Of a stretch of DNA of 64,000 nucleotides, positions 28,532-38,710 are shown one piece after another. Every line of letters begins with the position of its first letter. Position 1 is the first letter of the stretch. The DNA lies in the NCBI GenBank assembly GCA_011939005.1, contig GCA_011939005.1_4858.1. The stretch is one strand, 5' to 3'. The notes under the pieces are model-generated. The model was not told where the DNA came from. It saw only the letters and a list, made by a program, of their open reading frames with translations, and searched no databases. The DNA comes from a phage. The position numbers were made by a program, and so were the translations under genes.

Positions 28532-29851
28532 CTATAGCGCTGGATACCAAGGGACCGGGGCAGTTTTGCTATATGGACTGTAGACCATATAGCCGCCTTT
28601 GCTTGGGTCGTAATAGATGAAATAGTTACAGTAATTCGAGTAGAGGCTCGTCATTTGTTTGGATTGGTATCCGTTACGGTATAGTCCCTGGTAAGTAGTA
28701 GCTGATGTCGTGGTGGTGTAAGCAGTGTGGTACAGTACCCGACGTCGGTTAGCAATACTTTCTTGGAACATCTCTTCGGTCGGAAACGCGTGTTGCATCA
28801 GCCGTCGAATACTCCCGGTACAGTATCGAGTGCCATACGGGGAACCCGTTAAATCATCCGCAGTTTCAGGCGATTCTGCCCGAGTCAACACGTACTCGTT
28901 TTGATACAACGTGACGCTCATCGAATTTGGGCTGGTTTCCCGGAAACTCATGTAACGCGCATAACGTTCGACGTCCTCTTCCTGCGCCAAATAGGCCACG
29001 TTATTTTTCGGACCAAAGTGCAAGAAGAACGGACGGCGGAGATTACCCATATCCTCAGGTGGCGTCAACTTCACGCAGTAATTGTACTCCCCACGCATAT
29101 CAGGGTCTAAGCCTGGGTTGTTATTGCGTGTAGCGACATACCCATAGAGGTCATACGGGTTATCAGTAGCAGCATTACCGATAGTGAACGGGATGCCCGA
29201 CCATGCCGACAGCGCCGCGATGAACTGGGTCATGTACGAGTTACTGTTTAGTCGCAGCGGGGTACCCATCTGGATATTGATTATCTGTTGGGTGTACATG
29301 CTCCAGTCGAGTCGATAGACCGTGCTGTAAACATCCATGGGTTCCCAAGCTCCGGTTTCGGTGGTGTGGTACAAGTCGGCAAAGCTGGGCTCTTCACGAA
29401 TAAAGCTAATAGGAATGTGACCCGTGAATGCGGGGTTATCCGATTTAATCGCCACCGTCCGATCGCCCGTTGCCACAGTGATCATTGCAAACTGGCTGTC
29501 AGGATACGTTAAATCGTCAGCAGTAAGCACCAGCCCACAAGCTGCGGAAATCCGGTCGATGATGTCGCGGTAGACCGTCGCCCGATAAGGTACTTTAACC
29601 GGTACGCTGACGCCTTTAAAATACTGCGAAAGGTTTAAGCGGTCGTAGTAGATGTCCATCTTACCGCTGTAACCACCACCCTGTAATCCGTTTACCACGA
29701 TACGGCTGTTGCGACCATCGCGCAAGGCATTGGTTAAAGGACCTTGTAATAACGCCACGTTGGTTGCGTTGAGCGGTTTCTTGAGCTGCGGGTTATCACG
29801 ATTAATCTGATCCCAAACCAGTTGCATGACAGGTTTGTTATAGTTGATCAT
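28532..29851 (-). CDS. fiber-like protein (439 aa), N-domain paralog
   Basis: Starts MINYNKP..L..QINRDNP, VYYDRLNL motif shared by family. Confidence 0.6.
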   Translation of the reverse strand: MINYNKPVMQLVWDQINRDNPQLKKPLNATNVALLQGPLTNALRDGRNSRIVVNGLQGGGYSGKMDIYYDRLNLSQYFKGVSVPVKVPYRATVYRDIIDRISAACGLVLTADDLTYPDSQFAMITVATGDRTVAIKSDNPAFTGHIPISFIREEPSFADLYHTTETGAWEPMDVYSTVYRLDWSMYTQQIINIQMGTPLRLNSNSYMTQFIAALSAWSGIPFTIGNAATDNPYDLYGYVATRNNNPGLDPDMRGEYNYCVKLTPPEDMGNLRRPFFLHFGPKNNVAYLAQEEDVERYARYMSFRETSPNSMSVTLYQNEYVLTRAESPETADDLTGSPYGTRYCTGSIRRLMQHAFPTEEMFQESIANRRRVLYHTAYTTTTSATTYQGLYRNGYQSKQMTSLYSNYCNYFIYYDPSKGGYMVYSPYSKTAPVPWYPAL

Positions 29852-29861
29852 TGCAACGTCC

Positions 29862-29895
29862 TAAAAAAGAAAATAGGCCCCGAAGGGCCTATTTT
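29862..29895 (-). terminator. rho-independent terminator (UUCG-type loop)
   Basis: Stem AGGCCC / GGGCCT around a 4-nt loop, T-run on minus strand. Confidence 0.6.
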
Positions 29896-30086
29896 TAGCT
29901 GTTATGGTGAAGTACGCTATCCCTTTAACTCCAGCTGCTTCGACGTCAGTTTGGATAACCACGCGGCCGTACGCTTTATTAGCGAAATTGAATCAGCGCT
30001 GATTCGACCTGCGAGTTCAGGGTTATCCCTTACGACTTGTTGGCAGAGCAGTTCCAGTGCGCTATACAATCCCATGAAGTCTCCTG

Positions 30087-30986
30087 TTAAGGCAGAACGA
30101 GTTCAAGTACCGCGATAGAACGTATTGTATTGGTTTCGTATCTACCGTACGACGGCGACTCTGGGTAGGGTGGACGGTTGTACCACTGATTGTAAATGTC
30201 AGACATAGCCGCAAAGAATGCAGATTGTTGGGCAGTAGTCGAATCGATTGAACCGACCGGAAGGTCGTCAAAGCGCGGCAACTGCCCACTGTAGTTGTAC
30301 AGGCGCGCGAAAGTGTTAAACCACTCACCGTCGAGATACAACTCACTGTTACCGCTTCTAACGTTAGTCGTCCAGAATCTGTAGTCGAACAAATACGGCA
30401 AGCGCACCACGTATTCGTAACCGTTCTTCGCCACCGTGCGGCGTTGGTTACGTGCAGTGGCCCAGCTCGGTACAAATCCATTGCCATCCTGGCCGTACAT
30501 CAGCCCCTGGTTATAAATGAACTGCGGGCTAGCGTATATTATCGAGTTATCGGACATAAACAGAATACGGTTTTTGTAAATGAATTTATGCCAGGCACCA
30601 ACGGCGGAACTGAACATATTCACCACGAGGCTGTTCAGTTCCGCGTTAGTGAATAACTCTGCTGGCGTTACTGTTCCAAAGTATCCAGCGTGCCAGTCGC
30701 CGTATAACAGCTTCTGGGGGCCAGGCCCGGTGTCTAAAAAGAACCCTTGGGCGGTAGGGGTGTTGAAGACACGCTCACCGTCTTTAACCGCAGCTATCCA
30801 ATAACGGTAAGTGGTGTTGTTTTCCACAGCGTTGTCTTCGTACGATGTAGCGTCACCCGGAAGGGTTGCCAGAGGCGTTCCCGGTGCATTAACATCAATG
30901 GTGGCGTTGCCCGGCGTCTTGCGATAGATTTCAATGTTATCGAGCGCCTGTGGCTTCCGTTGTGCAAAGTTTAATGTAATAGGCAT
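30087..30986 (-). CDS. fiber-like protein (about 300 aa): FN3-like N-module plus GPGP module
   Basis: Internal ATG overlaps stop of upstream gene; TTYRYW..AVKDGER and DTGPGPQ motifs. Confidence 0.55.
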   Translation of the reverse strand: MPITLNFAQRKPQALDNIEIYRKTPGNATIDVNAPGTPLATLPGDATSYEDNAVENNTTYRYWIAAVKDGERVFNTPTAQGFFLDTGPGPQKLLYGDWHAGYFGTVTPAELFTNAELNSLVVNMFSSAVGAWHKFIYKNRILFMSDNSIIYASPQFIYNQGLMYGQDGNGFVPSWATARNQRRTVAKNGYEYVVRLPYLFDYRFWTTNVRSGNSELYLDGEWFNTFARLYNYSGQLPRFDDLPVGSIDSTTAQQSAFFAAMSDIYNQWYNRPPYPESPSYGRYETNTIRSIAVLELVLP

Positions 30987-30988
30987 GA

Positions 30989-31978
30989 TTAATCCTCGAT
31001 AAGCTCGATTACTGGAATCCAAATACCGCCCACGGTCGCACCAGGGACATGTTGTATACGCTGGAGGTTATCCACGGTATCAGTGGAATCCGTCGTCGCT
31101 GTTCCGCGCGTCAGCCCCAACTTACGGTCTGGGTCAAACTCCTGACAATGCACCCCACGGCCACTCACCACCGATCCATTTCCGAATATGCTGATGTTCG
31201 ACCGCGTTAACAGGGACATCACTTTTTTCTTTGCTGGGAACCAGGTACTTATCCCATAGATGAGTCGGTTGTATTCGCTATCGGCAGTATACGGTGACAC
31301 GTCATGGATTTTTCCGTCCCACTGTGCATCGAGCGCCATGACCGGACTTTCACTGTCGTGTGTTAAACCGCGCAGCAATCGCATCCGATAGCGGTCACCC
31401 AACCACGTAAACTCCCCAGACTGGTCAACGTCAGGTAAATCACCATGACCGCCTTCCGGACCAGGTCCCGCCACACCGTACAGCAAACCCGCGTTATAAA
31501 TCGCATCACGGCTATACAGCGTGTTGCCGTTCACACGAAGACCACTAAGCAGATACAGAATTTTACCGTCTAGCTGGAACTTAAACAAGTACAGCTTAAC
31601 AGTTGGGTCAATTCCAGAAAGGGCCACAAACCCTGGCGGATAATCACCCACGCTAGGCAATTCATCGTACGCCACATTCCCGTAATACGCAAAGCGGTCA
31701 TCACCGTACTGTGGAGTCACGATGCCGATACCGCGACGGTTCTGAATCAGAATTGATTTCTGCGGACTGAACAGTGTCCGGCTTCCCACTGTCACGGTGG
31801 TCATGTAGTAATACGTTGTCCCCAGTATCGCTGTTCGGTCAGTATACTCAGTTTCCCCGTTAGTGAACGTTGCCAGAGGTTCAGGTAATGCCGTACGCAC
31901 CAGAGGTTTGGTGTCGCGGTACAGCTTCACGGTCGAAGCCCCAGGGTTATTGTTCGTCCAACGAATTGTAAAAGCCAT
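30989..31978 (-). CDS. fiber-like protein (329 aa): FN3-like N-module plus GPGPEGGHG module
   Basis: Starts MAFTIRW; paralog of 34434-35432. Confidence 0.55.
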   Translation of the reverse strand: MAFTIRWTNNNPGASTVKLYRDTKPLVRTALPEPLATFTNGETEYTDRTAILGTTYYYMTTVTVGSRTLFSPQKSILIQNRRGIGIVTPQYGDDRFAYYGNVAYDELPSVGDYPPGFVALSGIDPTVKLYLFKFQLDGKILYLLSGLRVNGNTLYSRDAIYNAGLLYGVAGPGPEGGHGDLPDVDQSGEFTWLGDRYRMRLLRGLTHDSESPVMALDAQWDGKIHDVSPYTADSEYNRLIYGISTWFPAKKKVMSLLTRSNISIFGNGSVVSGRGVHCQEFDPDRKLGLTRGTATTDSTDTVDNLQRIQHVPGATVGGIWIPVIELIED

Positions 31979-31990
31979 TGTCGTTACCTC

Positions 31991-33487
31991 TTATTGGAAT
32001 CCATCCAACTCACCGTTAGTATCGCCCAGAGTAATTTTTGAAGGTTGGGCGATTTGGTCAGTCGTGAGAATAATCGGTCTAATCTTAACGCTAGCCATGC
32101 CTGTTACCGCGACGGAATATGCACGTTCATCATTGTCCGTCGTGGCAAGCAGAGGACGTGGTGAGTCTGATGACGCTTCCCGTACCCAGGCAGGGGTGGC
32201 AGTTTCGGTGTTGTCGGTGTTGAAAACTAACGGACGTGGATTCGCTGCAGCGGAGGTTTCCGTAATCGGCACCACACGAAGCGATTCATTTTGGTCGATG
32301 TCCGTCAGAGTAACCACGGACGGTGCCCATGTTAGTTCTGCACCTTCGTCAATCAACGGCACAGGTTCATTGGCAACATCAATCATCTCCAAGATTGGCC
32401 AAAAGCCAGAAGAGGTGTAGATGTAGGTGTATGAACGATAGCTCCCACTGATAGACTGGTAATACGCTTGGTCGGCACCGAACTGGTGTCGTAACCACAC
32501 GTAATCCAGGAAGTTAGCATCAGTCGTGCTAAGAGTTCCCCATTCCCCATATACGTTCACCGACCCCAATTTGCTGGTCAGTGACAGGATAGAGGTGATT
32601 GACGGCGGTTTACTCCAATCAGGCGCGGCGGCGTTCTCGGTGTAATACGGGATAGACATTCTGAAATAATGCGTTCCTTCATCATCCCGTTTTACCATGT
32701 ATTTCAACTGTTCAACATCGACAGGTGTGTAAGTCGACTTCGGGCGAGGTCCTGCGTCTCCGGAATCAAATATTGCACCCTTGTTGTACAGGTCTGCCCA
32801 GGTAACGTTGCAAATCGCACGGGTCGGAACAAACACTACCGCCCCATTCAGAAAGAATTTGAGCCACTTGATAGCGTAGCGGTTAGGCCAGTTGGTGCCG
32901 TTATAGAGGGCATACACCATTTCATCAGATGTGAATAACTCTTCCGCGCTTACCAGCCCAAAAAATCCGTATAACTCATTACCGGCCATTAATCCTTTTG
33001 GCCCAGGGCCCGACTTCGGATACATCGCAATCGGTTCGTAAACATAGGTCATCTTGCATGACCCGGTATAGCACAAGGAGTTAGCGTGCGCCGTCAGAGT
33101 TACAGTTTCTGGCGTAGCGTATTTCATTAATGCAACGTTTGGACTGGTGATGTCACTCGCGGTTAAGTTCAACCCGTTCAATTCATTGAACGCCGGTAAC
33201 GCTTCCGCATGGGTTTGTGCGCTACGTGGAATACTCACCATCTTCGGGCCAGACTTGAACAGACTGGCCAGATTCAACCGGTCGTAATAGACCGTTATTT
33301 CCCCAGCAAATCCTTTACCGGGTTTACCTACCAACGTAATCTGTGTGTTTCGTCCGTTAACGTTTTTCGCAACAGGAACACCCCTGACCCCAATGGAGTC
33401 AGCGGTGATTTTTCCTGCTAAACCGGGATTGTCACGCACAATTTGTTGGCAGAGCAGTTCCATTGAAGGTTCTGTATACAACCCCAT
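31991..33487 (-). CDS. fiber-like protein (498 aa): N-domain, GPGP module, C-terminal NGELDGF
   Basis: RBS GGAG; VYYDRLNL, SGPGPKGL, ends TNGELDGFQ. Confidence 0.6.
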   Translation of the reverse strand: MGLYTEPSMELLCQQIVRDNPGLAGKITADSIGVRGVPVAKNVNGRNTQITLVGKPGKGFAGEITVYYDRLNLASLFKSGPKMVSIPRSAQTHAEALPAFNELNGLNLTASDITSPNVALMKYATPETVTLTAHANSLCYTGSCKMTYVYEPIAMYPKSGPGPKGLMAGNELYGFFGLVSAEELFTSDEMVYALYNGTNWPNRYAIKWLKFFLNGAVVFVPTRAICNVTWADLYNKGAIFDSGDAGPRPKSTYTPVDVEQLKYMVKRDDEGTHYFRMSIPYYTENAAAPDWSKPPSITSILSLTSKLGSVNVYGEWGTLSTTDANFLDYVWLRHQFGADQAYYQSISGSYRSYTYIYTSSGFWPILEMIDVANEPVPLIDEGAELTWAPSVVTLTDIDQNESLRVVPITETSAAANPRPLVFNTDNTETATPAWVREASSDSPRPLLATTDNDERAYSVAVTGMASVKIRPIILTTDQIAQPSKITLGDTNGELDGFQ

Positions 33488-33500
33488 GGCTTTTACTCCG

Positions 33501-34424
33501 TTACGGTAAGACTAATTCAAAAGCAAAGAATATCGTGGCCGAGTTCCCGACACCTGCGGTGTTACTAATCACCATAGGCACGGTGCCATACGCATAAGCG
33601 AATATGTTGTTGCTCCACAAAGGAGCTAATACAGCGGCACCTGACTCATTCGGCTGCACAGTCGCGCCTTGTCTTGCAAGTGAGTCAATCGCACCAAGAC
33701 CGAGGGCTGCGAACTGTGCACCGACAGGATACAAACGGCCCATTGTGTTTCGCCATTCACCGTTGTTGTAATCCTGTCCTGAGAGAACAGCGTCGTACGG
33801 GACTGCGTAAGGTAATCGGATACGGTACGTACGACCATCCTTCGTGACCTTACAATCTTGTTTAGTCGCCGTGGCTCCCTGCGGAACAATACTTCCGACA
33901 TCATCGGTCCCGTACATCATACCGTACTGATACGCCATTTGTACCGAGTTGGTTTTCGAATGCATCGTCGCTGGGAAGAAGACAATTCTCCCACGGAAAA
34001 TAAACTTGTGCCATTCCTGAGGGTCGTAGACAAACATGTTTCCCTGCTGTGCAGTCAACATAAGCTTCAGCTCGGCGGTATTAAAGAACTCGGTATTCGG
34101 TACTGTACCGAAATAACCTGAAGCCCAGTCACCACGCAAAATAGTTTGCGGACCCGGCCCGGTGTCCGGATAGAATCCTTGCGTAATCGGATTGCCGATA
34201 AGTCGTTCACTGTCCTTCACAGCAGCTACCCAATAACGATAGGTTGTATTCTTCGTCAGAGTATCGATATTATCTACGAACTCTACCGCGTTGCCCGATA
34301 AAGTTGCGTGGGGTGTGCCTGGATTGTAAACGTCGATTGTTGCGTTCCAACCTTCCTTGCGGTAGATTTCAATCGCGGTAAGACCTTTGCTGGCTTGGGA
34401 CGGCCAGCTTAACCGTATAGTCAT
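33501..34424 (-). CDS. fiber-like protein (307 aa): FN3-like N-module plus GPGP module
   Basis: Starts MTIRLSW; TTYRYWVAAVKDSER; DTGPGPQ. Confidence 0.55.
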   Translation of the reverse strand: MTIRLSWPSQASKGLTAIEIYRKEGWNATIDVYNPGTPHATLSGNAVEFVDNIDTLTKNTTYRYWVAAVKDSERLIGNPITQGFYPDTGPGPQTILRGDWASGYFGTVPNTEFFNTAELKLMLTAQQGNMFVYDPQEWHKFIFRGRIVFFPATMHSKTNSVQMAYQYGMMYGTDDVGSIVPQGATATKQDCKVTKDGRTYRIRLPYAVPYDAVLSGQDYNNGEWRNTMGRLYPVGAQFAALGLGAIDSLARQGATVQPNESGAAVLAPLWSNNIFAYAYGTVPMVISNTAGVGNSATIFFAFELVLP

Positions 34425-34433
34425 GACTGCCCC

Positions 34434-35432
34434 TTACTCGACCAGTTCAAAGATAGGGTAGTAACGCCCTTTCGTGGTGGGTGATAAATAGTTTATACGC
34501 TGAATCGTGGATACGGGTGTTCCACCGGCATTGTTAAAAATGCCACGATGGACCACACGGTCTTCCGCGGTGTCGTGTTCCATACAGAGAACTCCGGCAC
34601 CGAAATACGTTGCCGAGGTTCCCAAATTAGCCTGCCCCAGATAAGTATAACTGTTCGCTGCCCAGTTAGCCCAACGCTGTTTCCTCGGCACCTCGTTAAC
34701 CATCGTGTAAAGTAAATCGTTATACTCACACGGGTTGGTTAGAGAAGCGATTTCATCGTGGGTTTTCCCATTGTAGTCAGCTACGAAAGGATACGCAGGA
34801 GACTCGCTAGACGTCGTCAGGCCGCGAGGAAGACGCATAATGTACGTATCCCCTTTGTGGACTATCTTAGCGTCTTGTGGAGTGGCCGGTAGCGTTCCAT
34901 GGCCGTTCTCTGGGCCAGCATCGCCCGTACCATAGACTAAACCAGCTTGATAGAGGGAAGCCCAGTCCACAGGCGTATTCGGGAACTGCGACGTGTTAGA
35001 TAGCATGTAATAGATCTTCCCGTTTCGGGTAAATTTATACAACGCCACACGATCGGTTAACAGGTTAGGGAACATCGCCAAAAATGCAGGTGGCATTTGC
35101 GACGGAAGCCACTGTTCGTCGTAAGGAACCTCACCCATAAACCCTAAACGGTCGTTGCCGTTTAGAATAGTCATTGGGCCTATCCCGCGTTTTACCTCAA
35201 TGGTATATTTCTGGCTAGACGACGCTACTGTTTTACCGTTGGCGGTTACCGTCAGAAGGTAATAATAGGTTGCGCCTGGTGTGGCGGTGGTATCACGCCA
35301 TTCTGTCTCGCCGTTTGAGAGCGTTGCAATCGGTTCAGGCAAAGCGCTTGGTGTGATATCTTTAACATCACGGTAGATTTTTACTACCGTAGAGATTACG
35401 TTTGGATTTTTCCAACGCAAAGTAAAAGACAT
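34434..35432 (-). CDS. fiber-like protein (332 aa): FN3-like N-module plus GPENGHG module
   Basis: Starts MSFTLRW; paralog of 30989-31978. Confidence 0.55.
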   Translation of the reverse strand: MSFTLRWKNPNVISTVVKIYRDVKDITPSALPEPIATLSNGETEWRDTTATPGATYYYLLTVTANGKTVASSSQKYTIEVKRGIGPMTILNGNDRLGFMGEVPYDEQWLPSQMPPAFLAMFPNLLTDRVALYKFTRNGKIYYMLSNTSQFPNTPVDWASLYQAGLVYGTGDAGPENGHGTLPATPQDAKIVHKGDTYIMRLPRGLTTSSESPAYPFVADYNGKTHDEIASLTNPCEYNDLLYTMVNEVPRKQRWANWAANSYTYLGQANLGTSATYFGAGVLCMEHDTAEDRVVHRGIFNNAGGTPVSTIQRINYLSPTTKGRYYPIFELVE

Positions 35433-35443
35433 AGATGATACCT

Positions 35444-36934
35444 CTACTTAAAGCCGTCCAGTTCACCGTTAAGAGACGTTAACGTTGTCTTGTCAGGGGG
35501 CGTATACATTTCAGCGGTAGCCGCAATAGGTTGAAAATCGACAGTCTTCGGCAGCATTAATGCAGGCGGATGCAGTGCGAAACTGTTTTCTGAAGTAACG
35601 GCCACAGGTTGAAAATCGACAGTCTTCGGCAGCATTAATGCAGGCGGATGCAGTGCGAAACTGTTTTCTGAAGTAACAACTACCGGTTCGAAATCGGTAG
35701 TATCTGGATTACCGAGCACCAACGGCTTGAGACTAAACGTGTTTTCTGCGGACACGCTGCACGGTTGGAGGCTGTAATCTACCGCGCCGTGGATATCTTC
35801 TAAGCCCAAGGTAACCGTGGACTTATCCACCAACTCCAGCACCGGGAACCAGTAGTAGTTGCCCGCACTCGATGATTTTTCTAAGTTTGTCCAACTTGCT
35901 CCAGACAACGTCGCCATGCGATGATTGGCGACGTTGGTGTTCAGTGTATCTTTCAATAAACAGAACAGCGTCCAGTAACTGTTAATCGGTTTGTCCCACG
36001 TTCCATTATACAGAAAGTTGAACATCTCAAACTCACTACCTGCTAACTCAGCGGCAGTTGGGGTGCCGCTGACGTATGGGTCTTTCCCGGCACTAGGTAG
36101 ACGAACGCGGAAGTAAAACCTTTTGTTGTCTGCGCCTGTAAAGCTAATGATGCGTCCCTGGTTAACGGGCGTCGCCGCAGGGTATTTACCATTATCATCT
36201 GTTCCGTAAACGAGTCCGTTTGTATATAACGTATTCCAGGAGATGGAGCTAGCGACAGGACTGATCGGAAGGTAAATAACCCTACCCTGGTAAAAGAACT
36301 TGTACCAACCTTCGGCACCAGAATGTACCGGTGGTAACGCACCGGCCGATATAGTGGCATTAAGAAGTTGAGAGTGTGTAAACAACTCTGCAATTGTGGT
36401 TGTTCCGAAATAACCCGCGATAGTGTTACCTTGCAGCAACGTTTTAGGGCCAGGTCCAGAATCGGGGTAAATTGCACCGCTCGGGACGGTATAACGTATC
36501 GTTAAGCTGCCTATAAACGCAGGGCAATTACCTGAGATATTTAATTTCAACGTCTGCGGCGAAGCGCTCGGTTTAGGTAAACTTGCGTCAGGTGACTGCA
36601 AATCAGAAGCAACTAATGTAAGCCCCAATGCGTCGTTTATTGCAGGTAGCGCGTCTCGTACCGTTAAGACTGTATCTTTGATAGCCACAGTCGGCACAAA
36701 ATTAAATAAAGTGGCCAGGTTAATCCGGTCGTAGTACACGGTAACATTACCTTGTACACCTGTCCCTGGATACCCGGTGAAAACAGCTTTGGTGTTACGT
36801 TGGTTTAACGTAACTGAAGTTGGGCCGCTGGTTAAAGCAGCGATAGCCGGTGTCAGCTTAACAACTAAATCAGGGTTATCCCGATTGACTTGGTCGTATA
36901 CAAGCAGTGCCGACTCCTTCGAGTAAAATAGCAT
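35444..36934 (-). CDS. fiber-like protein (496 aa): N-domain, GPGP module, internal 26-aa tandem repeats, C-terminal NGELDGF
   Basis: VYYDRINL; DSGPGPK; repeated KTVDFQPVAVTSENSFALHPPALMLP; ends NGELDGFK. Confidence 0.6.
   Translation of the reverse strand: MLFYSKESALLVYDQVNRDNPDLVVKLTPAIAALTSGPTSVTLNQRNTKAVFTGYPGTGVQGNVTVYYDRINLATLFNFVPTVAIKDTVLTVRDALPAINDALGLTLVASDLQSPDASLPKPSASPQTLKLNISGNCPAFIGSLTIRYTVPSGAIYPDSGPGPKTLLQGNTIAGYFGTTTIAELFTHSQLLNATISAGALPPVHSGAEGWYKFFYQGRVIYLPISPVASSISWNTLYTNGLVYGTDDNGKYPAATPVNQGRIISFTGADNKRFYFRVRLPSAGKDPYVSGTPTAAELAGSEFEMFNFLYNGTWDKPINSYWTLFCLLKDTLNTNVANHRMATLSGASWTNLEKSSSAGNYYWFPVLELVDKSTVTLGLEDIHGAVDYSLQPCSVSAENTFSLKPLVLGNPDTTDFEPVVVTSENSFALHPPALMLPKTVDFQPVAVTSENSFALHPPALMLPKTVDFQPIAATAEMYTPPDKTTLTSLNGELDGFK
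35524..35684 (-). repeat. 78-bp period tandem direct repeat inside the 496-aa gene
   Basis: Two copies identical over 71 nt (GGTTGAAAATCGACAGTCTTCGGCAGCATTAATGCAGGCGGATGCAGTGCGAAACTGTTTTCTGAAGTAAC), flanked by degenerate copies. Confidence 0.85.
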
Positions 36935-36942
36935 AGGGACTC

Positions 36943-36978
36943 CGCATCGCCAAAAGAGGGGGCTCCGAAGAGCCCCTA
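36943..36978 (-). terminator. rho-independent terminator (UUCG loop)
   Basis: Stem GGGGCTC / GAGCCCC around TTCG, T-run on minus strand. Confidence 0.6.
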
Positions 36979-36981
36979 CAC

Positions 36982-37809
36982 TTAGCTGTTATAGTGGTAG
37001 TACGCCACGCCTTTCACGCCTTCCTCATCGATGCCCGTTTGGACAACCACGCGGTCGTACGATTTGTTAGCGAACTGAGCGGTGGATGTCGGCACATCCT
37101 GAACGGTGTTGCTGTTCAGTGGCCCCGCGTAGTTCGGAATACCCAGGTCATCCAACACCTTACGCAATCCAGCCCACTGCGGTAGGCCAGAAGCATCTAC
37201 TGTCAGTAGGTTTTTATACGCGGTAAAGTCAATACCATACGTCAACAAATCAATACACTTCTTACCGAGAGACGGTGAAATAGGCTCTTGAATCGCATTC
37301 AAGACATCCGATTTCACCGAAGTGTCTAGTACCGGTAAACCACGGTTATAACGCAACGTCGCAGAACCGATATAAGCCGGAGATGTCGATAGCGCTACGA
37401 TGTTCTGTGTATTGGTGTAATTTGGGGTATTGGGACCCGCCAGTGGGAGGTTATAGATATCGATTGCAGAGAAGTTTACTCCGTAAGTATCCAAGAGCAC
37501 CGAAAAGGCTGAATGGAGGTTGGGCGCGTCAAACGTGACGAACTGCGCCTGGACAGAAGGACCCCACGGCAATAACCGCGCTAAGTTCACACGGTCGTAG
37601 TAAACGGTGATTGCGTCTCGAAATCCGGAACCCTGAATACCGCGCAAGCGTGCCGACGTATTGCGGTTGTTGGAAGCTGCATTAACGGGAACCTGTGTCA
37701 CTTTCTCCACGTAGCAGTTTGCCGGCGACGCTTTAATAGGTAGGTTTGGGTTATCCCGGTTAATGAGGTCAAAGACCAACTCGTTTGACGGCTTAGCATA
37801 GTTGATCAT
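36982..37809 (-). CDS. fiber-like protein (about 275 aa), N-domain paralog
   Basis: ATG at second codon of tracked ORF with GAGG RBS; starts MINYAKPSNELVFDLINRDNP. Confidence 0.55.
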   Translation of the reverse strand: MINYAKPSNELVFDLINRDNPNLPIKASPANCYVEKVTQVPVNAASNNRNTSARLRGIQGSGFRDAITVYYDRVNLARLLPWGPSVQAQFVTFDAPNLHSAFSVLLDTYGVNFSAIDIYNLPLAGPNTPNYTNTQNIVALSTSPAYIGSATLRYNRGLPVLDTSVKSDVLNAIQEPISPSLGKKCIDLLTYGIDFTAYKNLLTVDASGLPQWAGLRKVLDDLGIPNYAGPLNSNTVQDVPTSTAQFANKSYDRVVVQTGIDEEGVKGVAYYHYNS

Positions 37810-37812
37810 CAA

Positions 37813-38700
37813 TTATACCTCGCTTGGATCGTCCAGATCGTTGAACTGGAGATACAACGTTCCGACGATGGTGGTACAGGTAACAGGCAGTTTCAACGCC
37901 AGCACATACTTGTACTTCGCGTTTGTCGGCATTGCAACAGGGTCATTCAGACCAACACTGATAACCTCCGCGCCCGCCAAACCGTAGGAAGCGGAAGTGG
38001 TCGCTACCCATGCAGTACCCGTGATATCTTTCAGCAGGTTAACCATATCCGTTAACGGCTGTCCGGACAGAATACCCGGCTTGTATGCCAGCAGAGCATC
38101 TCGGTACTTAGTGAAGTTGTACGGGTAGGAATAAACCTCTGCAATGACCGCAGTAACATTTTCGGAACCCATCTGACCGTTCGGGTATTTCAGACCGGTC
38201 AGGACGTTAGTGGTGACTGCAGAGACTAACGACTCATCACCTTTCACGACTTTAAATGTCGCCTGTCCAACCCAACCGATAGACTCTGGATGTGCAACAA
38301 CACGCACAGTACCTTCGGTCTTATCACCGTTCCATTCGATATCTGCGTCCTGCAGGTCAGCTTCTTCCAGAACAAAACCGTAACGTTGGTTCAGTCCAGG
38401 AATGGCCGCATACAAGGTTTCGTTGGATGGGCCGATCGCCAACGTGTCACCGATCAGCACTAACAAGTCTTCGACTTTCATGCGGTTGTAGAAGACATTT
38501 TTCTTACCCGACCAGGTAGAGCCCGTTACCCCATCTGCCGTAATTTTAATTTGCGTGTTACGGTTAGTCAGCGTTTCCTTCTCCGTACCACGGATGTCCT
38601 TTGGCGAGGACCAGATGATGTCAGTCATCTTAACAGCAAGCGAGTTCTGTGCGTTCACTGCTGCCAACAGGACGTCTTTAGAAGGTTGATAAATAGCCAT
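37813..38700 (-). CDS. fiber-like protein (295 aa), N-domain paralog
   Basis: Contiguous with neighbours, no intergenic gap; family N-terminus. Confidence 0.55.
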   Translation of the reverse strand: MAIYQPSKDVLLAAVNAQNSLAVKMTDIIWSSPKDIRGTEKETLTNRNTQIKITADGVTGSTWSGKKNVFYNRMKVEDLLVLIGDTLAIGPSNETLYAAIPGLNQRYGFVLEEADLQDADIEWNGDKTEGTVRVVAHPESIGWVGQATFKVVKGDESLVSAVTTNVLTGLKYPNGQMGSENVTAVIAEVYSYPYNFTKYRDALLAYKPGILSGQPLTDMVNLLKDITGTAWVATTSASYGLAGAEVISVGLNDPVAMPTNAKYKYVLALKLPVTCTTIVGTLYLQFNDLDDPSEV

Positions 38701-38710
38701 TCGCTAATTC

